The notes beneath the pieces are model-generated. The model was not told where the DNA came from and did not search any database. It worked only from the letters and a program-made list of their open reading frames with translations. Made by a program: the position numbers and the translations under genes. Positions 60,038 to 64,000 of a DNA stretch of 64,000 nucleotides are shown one piece after another (the first letter of the stretch is position 1; every line of letters begins with the position of its first letter). This DNA comes from Burkholderiales bacterium (GTDB lineage Bacteria; Pseudomonadota; Gammaproteobacteria; Burkholderiales; Ga0077523): positions 17,189-81,188 of the forward strand of contig JAIEQG010000007.1 of assembly GCA_019747905.1 (NCBI GenBank), read 5' to 3'.

Positions 60038-60688
60038 GTGAGTCCGACGTCGCAGTATTGCGTCGCAGCGAAAGCCGCAGGCGCGGCGATGGCGATCAGC
60101 ACCTTGATGACCTTTCCGGTCCAGGCCGACGAAGAAGTGCGCGACACCGGTTTCTACGTGGGTGGAGGCCTCGGCATCGCCCGCGACGACGGCAACTACA
60201 CCTTCACCGGAGCGAACGTCACCTCGCAGGAACTCACCAACCCCGGAGCGAAGATCTACGTCGGCTACCGCGCCGTGCGCTACTTCGGTATCGAGATCGG
60301 CTATGCAAAGCTCGGCGATACCACGTTCGAAGGGGTCGACTCCAACGGTGTTCCCTTCAGCGACCGCTTCACCCACGAAGCGGTCCCGTTCGGGTTCGTC
60401 GGCTTCCTGCCGCTCGGCGATCGCTGGGAGTTGATCGCGCGTCTCGGGTCCGTGATCAACAGCACCTACAACACCGAGCAGACGTGCGTGCGCCAGACGC
60501 GCTGGGGCACCGTCGTGCAGCAGAACTGCCCCTCCACTCCGATCACGTGGGGTTTCGGAGTGCGCTATCGCATCGGGACGAAATGGGGCCTGCGGCTGGA
60601 CTACGACAGCTATGCCCTGAAGGACTCGGCGCGCTCACCCCGGGCCGAGCTCAACTTCTTCAGCATCGGCGCCGACTACCGGTTCTGA
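60038..60688 (+). CDS. Outer-membrane beta-barrel protein (OmpA-like/Opacity-type 8-strand barrel)
   Basis: Start uncertain (GTG 60038 or ATG 60089). Signal '...AMAISTLMTFPVQA', alternating beta-strand pattern 'FYVGGGLGIA', 'KIYVGYRAVRYFGIEIGYAKLG', C-terminal 'NFFSIGADYRF'. Confidence 0.7.
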   Translation: MSPTSQYCVAAKAAGAAMAISTLMTFPVQADEEVRDTGFYVGGGLGIARDDGNYTFTGANVTSQELTNPGAKIYVGYRAVRYFGIEIGYAKLGDTTFEGVDSNGVPFSDRFTHEAVPFGFVGFLPLGDRWELIARLGSVINSTYNTEQTCVRQTRWGTVVQQNCPSTPITWGFGVRYRIGTKWGLRLDYDSYALKDSARSPRAELNFFSIGADYRF

Positions 60689-60694
60689 TCCGGA

Positions 60695-61972
60695 TCAGCG
60701 CAGGTGCCCGGGCAACCAGGTCGTCAGCGGCGGAAAGACGATCGTCAGTACCAGCACCACGATGGCCCACCCGAGGAACGGTAGGATCTGCCACATCACC
60801 GGCGCGATGCGGATGCGTCCGACGCTGGAAACCACGAACAGCAGCAACCCGATCGGCGGATGCATGAGGCCGATCATCAGGTTGAGCACCACCACCGCAC
60901 CGAACTGGATCGGGTCGATGCCCAGTTGCGCACCGAGCGGGATCAGCACCGGCAGGAAGATGATCATGGCCGGCAGCGGCTCGATGATGCAGCCGATCAG
61001 CAGCAGGAATCCGTTGATGATGAGCAGCACCACGACCGGATTGGTGGACCAGCTCTGGATGGTGTCCACCACCGTGTTGCTGATCTGGCTTTCCGCGACG
61101 AGCCAGCTGAACGGGCCCGCTGCAGCGAGCAGGAACAGGATCACGGCCGCGGAGCGCCCGGCGTCGTACAGGATCTTCGGCAGCTCCTTCGCCTTCAGGC
61201 CGCGGTAGATGAAAAGGCTCACGAAAAGCGCATAGAGCACGACCGCCACGGCCGCCTCGGTGTCCGTCACCAGCCCGAAGCGGATGCCGCCGATCACGAT
61301 GAGCGGCATCAGCAACGCCCAGCCGGCACGACCGGTGGCGCGCGCCTTGCCGGCCCAGGGCACCGGGGGTCGGCTCGGAAAATCGCGAACCTTGGCGACG
61401 ATGGAGCAGATCACCATGAAACCCGCTGCGAGCAGCAAGCCCGGCACGATACCGGCCATGAACAGTTTCACCACTGACTGGCTGGCGAGCTGCGCATACA
61501 CGACCATCGGGATTGACGGCGGGATGATCGGGCCGAGCAACGCACCTGCCGCGATGACCGCTCCGGCGAAACCGTCGCCGTAACCTTCCTTGCGCATCGC
61601 CGGGATCAGCGGCTTGCCGGTCGCCACCGCGTCGGCCACGGCCGAGCCCGACACACCGGCCATGATGAGATTGGTCAGGATCGAAACGTGCCCGAGGCTG
61701 CCCTTGATGCGCCCGACGATGGCCTGCGCCCAGTCGATGAGGCGCAGCGTGAGGCCGCCGCGATTCATCAACTCGCCGGCCAGGATGAACAGCGGCACCT
61801 GCACCAGCGCATAGGTGTCGACCCCTGCGATCATCGACAGCGGCATCATCGCCGGGTCGACCGCATCGCCGCGATATTCCACGCCCAGCCACGCAGCCAG
61901 CACCATCGAATAGCCGACGTCGAAGCCGACGATCAGTGCGAGGATGAAGGCGATGAAGAGGAGGAGCAACAC
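60695..61972 (-). CDS. TRAP transporter large permease (DctM family)
   Basis: GTG start at 61972, 5 nt after the dctQ-like stop. 425 aa. 'VPLFILAGELMNRGGLTLRLIDW...GSLGHVSILTNLIMAGVSGSAVAD'. Confidence 0.9.
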   Translation of the reverse strand: MLLLLFIAFILALIVGFDVGYSMVLAAWLGVEYRGDAVDPAMMPLSMIAGVDTYALVQVPLFILAGELMNRGGLTLRLIDWAQAIVGRIKGSLGHVSILTNLIMAGVSGSAVADAVATGKPLIPAMRKEGYGDGFAGAVIAAGALLGPIIPPSIPMVVYAQLASQSVVKLFMAGIVPGLLLAAGFMVICSIVAKVRDFPSRPPVPWAGKARATGRAGWALLMPLIVIGGIRFGLVTDTEAAVAVVLYALFVSLFIYRGLKAKELPKILYDAGRSAAVILFLLAAAGPFSWLVAESQISNTVVDTIQSWSTNPVVVLLIINGFLLLIGCIIEPLPAMIIFLPVLIPLGAQLGIDPIQFGAVVVLNLMIGLMHPPIGLLLFVVSSVGRIRIAPVMWQILPFLGWAIVVLVLTIVFPPLTTWLPGHLR

Positions 61973-61977
61973 GGCGT

Positions 61978-62487
61978 CTAGTCCCCTTCGATCTGCAGAT
62001 GGCGCGGCAGCGTGCGGCCTGCGGCGCGCAACACGATTCGCAGCACGAGGAACAGCACGAGCACGATGCACGAGACGAACAGTGCCGAAGACGGCCACCC
62101 TTCCGACAGCACGGTGCCGAGCCGCTCCTGGCCCTGCCCGATCTCGACCAGGCGCCAGCCGTGGAACCCGACGATGACGGTAAGGAACAGCATGGTCGCG
62201 TCGAAGACGTACTCGAGCGCGGTCTGCACCGGCCTGGGCAGGTGCGTGTCGATCAGGTCGACGCGGATGTTGAGGCCGTTCTTCACCGCCAGCGCGAACC
62301 CGACGAACGTGAGCCAGACCAGCATGATCCGGGCGTAGGCGTCCGGCGCGGGGATCGGCAATGTCACGAAATGGCGATCGACGAACTGCGAAGCCACGAT
62401 CAGCACCAGGCCCGCCACCAGCAGGGTCATGAGCCATTCCAGCACGCGTTCGACGACGTGCAGTGTGCGGTCGAGCAGATCGATCAT
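61978..62487 (-). CDS. TRAP transporter small permease (DctQ family)
   Basis: 169 aa with 4 hydrophobic segments. ATGA overlap with the upstream DctP gene. Confidence 0.85.
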   Translation of the reverse strand: MIDLLDRTLHVVERVLEWLMTLLVAGLVLIVASQFVDRHFVTLPIPAPDAYARIMLVWLTFVGFALAVKNGLNIRVDLIDTHLPRPVQTALEYVFDATMLFLTVIVGFHGWRLVEIGQGQERLGTVLSEGWPSSALFVSCIVLVLFLVLRIVLRAAGRTLPRHLQIEGD

Positions 62488-63482
62488 TTCATCGAGGCCC
62501 GGATCTTCTCGACCAGTCCGGCCGGCCAGGTCTTGCCCTCGTAGGCCCGGTGGAGATCGGCCCAGGCCGCATCGAACGCGACGCTGTCCGGTACGACGTA
62601 AGTGACCCCGCTCTTCCTGAGAGTCTCGATGCCTTCGCGATCGAGCGCTTCACCGAGCTTCGTCGCGATCTGCCCGCCGGTCCTGGCGGCCTGCCGGAAC
62701 AGCTCGCGCTCCTCCGGTTTCAGCGCCTGCCACTTGCGTTCGTTCATGTACCAGGCACCCACTTCGAACACGTGGTCGGTCGCGGACCAGAACTTCGCGA
62801 CCTCGTGCCACTTGAATTGGATCGCGGCGTCGAAGCCGTTCTCCTGTCCGTCCACGGTGCCGCGCGACAAGGCCATGTAGACATCCGACAAGCCCATCGG
62901 CACCGGCTTGGCACCGGCCGCTTCCATCGCCGCCCGCAACATGTCGATGGGGGGTATGCGGATGCGCATGCCCTTCAAGTCCTCGGGCTTGCGGACCGGC
63001 CCTTTCACGGTCTGTACCGCGCGCGGACTGCGCGCGCCGTAGACCGCGAAGATGCGCACCCCGGCGCCTTTCGCCACGGCTTCGTACATCTCGGCGAAGA
63101 TCGGCCCGTTGAGGACTTCCGTCGCCTGGGCCTTGCTCTTGAACAGATGCGGCACGTACGCGACGTTGAGCGGCCCGCCACCGCGCAGTTGCGCGGCGTT
63201 GCCGATCGCGAGATACGCGAGGTCGATGGTGCCGAGCTGCACCCCGGTCAACAACTGCTGGATGTCCCCGAGCTGGCTGTCGGGGAACACCTTCACCTCG
63301 TAGCGGCCCCTGGATGCCGCGGCGAGATGCTCGGCAAATTTCTCCATGCCCTTGTGCAGGTTGCTCCCGGTGGTCCAGGGCCCGCCCAGCCGCAGCGTGA
63401 CTTCAGCCGCACCTGCCGGACCCAGCCCCAGGCCTATCGACAGCCCTGCAACCAGGCAAAGCCACCGAGCGCACTGAGCCAT
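62484..63482 (-). CDS. TRAP transporter substrate-binding protein (DctP family)
   Basis: 332 aa with a signal peptide. 'RIRIPPIDMLRAAMEAAGAKPVPMGLSDVYMALSRGTVDGQENG'. Confidence 0.9.
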   Translation of the reverse strand: MAQCARWLCLVAGLSIGLGLGPAGAAEVTLRLGGPWTTGSNLHKGMEKFAEHLAAASRGRYEVKVFPDSQLGDIQQLLTGVQLGTIDLAYLAIGNAAQLRGGGPLNVAYVPHLFKSKAQATEVLNGPIFAEMYEAVAKGAGVRIFAVYGARSPRAVQTVKGPVRKPEDLKGMRIRIPPIDMLRAAMEAAGAKPVPMGLSDVYMALSRGTVDGQENGFDAAIQFKWHEVAKFWSATDHVFEVGAWYMNERKWQALKPEERELFRQAARTGGQIATKLGEALDREGIETLRKSGVTYVVPDSVAFDAAWADLHRAYEGKTWPAGLVEKIRASMK

Positions 63483-63494
63483 CGCGCGCCCCCC

Positions 63495-64000
63495 CTAGCG
63501 CTGGGCGGCCTTGACCTTGGCTACCAGCCCTTCGGGCCAGACGCTGCCTTCGTAGTTCTTGTACACGTCCGCCCAGGCCTTCTCGAACGCGGCGCGGTCC
63601 GGCACCGTGTAGACGATGCCAGCCTTCTTCAGCTCTTCGAGCCCCTTGGCGTCCAGTTCCTCGCCGAGCTGGGTGGCGAGCTTGCCGGCCTCCACGGCCG
63701 CCTTCTTGAAGATGGCCTGCTGCTCCGGCGTGAAGGTCTTCCATTTGCGCTCGGAGACATGGAACGCTCCCATGTCGTACACGTGGTCCGTGGCCGACCA
63801 GTGCTTGGACACTTCGTGGAAGCGGAACGACAGCGTGAGGTCGAAGCCGTTGTCCTGCCCGTCCACCTGCCCGCGCGAGAGGGCCATGTACACCTCGTTC
63901 AACCCCAGCGGCACCACCTTCACGCCCACCTTCTCGAAGACGTCGCGGAAGATCGGAATCGGCGGGATGCGCAAACGCATGTCCTTGAGGTCTTCGGGCT
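63495..64000 (-). CDS. Second DctP-family TRAP substrate-binding protein, 5'-truncated by the window edge
   Basis: The frame is open to the window end. 'RLRIPPIPIFRDVFEKVGVKVVPLGLNEVYMALSRGQVDGQDNG' is paralogous to 62484-63482. Confidence 0.85.
   Translation of the reverse strand, partial: PEDLKDMRLRIPPIPIFRDVFEKVGVKVVPLGLNEVYMALSRGQVDGQDNGFDLTLSFRFHEVSKHWSATDHVYDMGAFHVSERKWKTFTPEQQAIFKKAAVEAGKLATQLGEELDAKGLEELKKAGIVYTVPDRAAFEKAWADVYKNYEGSVWPEGLVAKVKAAQR

Overview
GC-rich proteobacterial chromosomal window, with third codon positions overwhelmingly G/C. Gene order looks beta/gamma-proteobacterial: aceE; ccmABCDEFGH; tRNA-Ser; mltF; serS-rarA-lolA-ftsK; trxB; pyc; tal-glnB-nadE. Most of it is housekeeping: pyruvate dehydrogenase E1, System I cytochrome c maturation, seryl-tRNA synthetase, FtsK, LolA, thioredoxin reductase, pyruvate carboxylase, transaldolase, P-II, NAD synthetase and two or more TRAP transporters. 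I recognised no integrase, transposase, CRISPR array or rRNA. The part that stands out is an all-minus-strand accessory stretch (about 39.6-48.1 kb) between a TRAP operon and tal. It encodes (i) a large protein with an N-terminal Rossmann/TIR-like module, a TPR-like helical middle and a C-terminal LOG/SLOG-like module, (ii) a patatin-like phospholipase, (iii) a signal-peptide RidA, a SAM methyltransferase and a small membrane protein, translationally coupled to (iv) a TIR-TM-FGE-sulfatase receptor-like protein, and (v) two tandem Hcp-fold proteins carrying Sec signal peptides and PEP-CTERM anchors. TIR, SLOG and phospholipase together resemble Thoeris/CBASS logic in an arrangement I do not recognise as a named system; this is my top candidate for something undescribed. 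The window also holds at least three families of palindromic intergenic repeats. Two of them have intruded in-frame into coding sequence (an AceE loop and the RarA C-terminus). A roughly 540-bp highly structured non-coding region lies next to tRNA-Ser, with a 16-nt att-like duplication of the tRNA 3' end. All protein calls come from reading the supplied translations for family-diagnostic motifs; no database search was possible. Many long ORFs in the track are antisense or off-frame shadows typical of GC-rich DNA and were not called.
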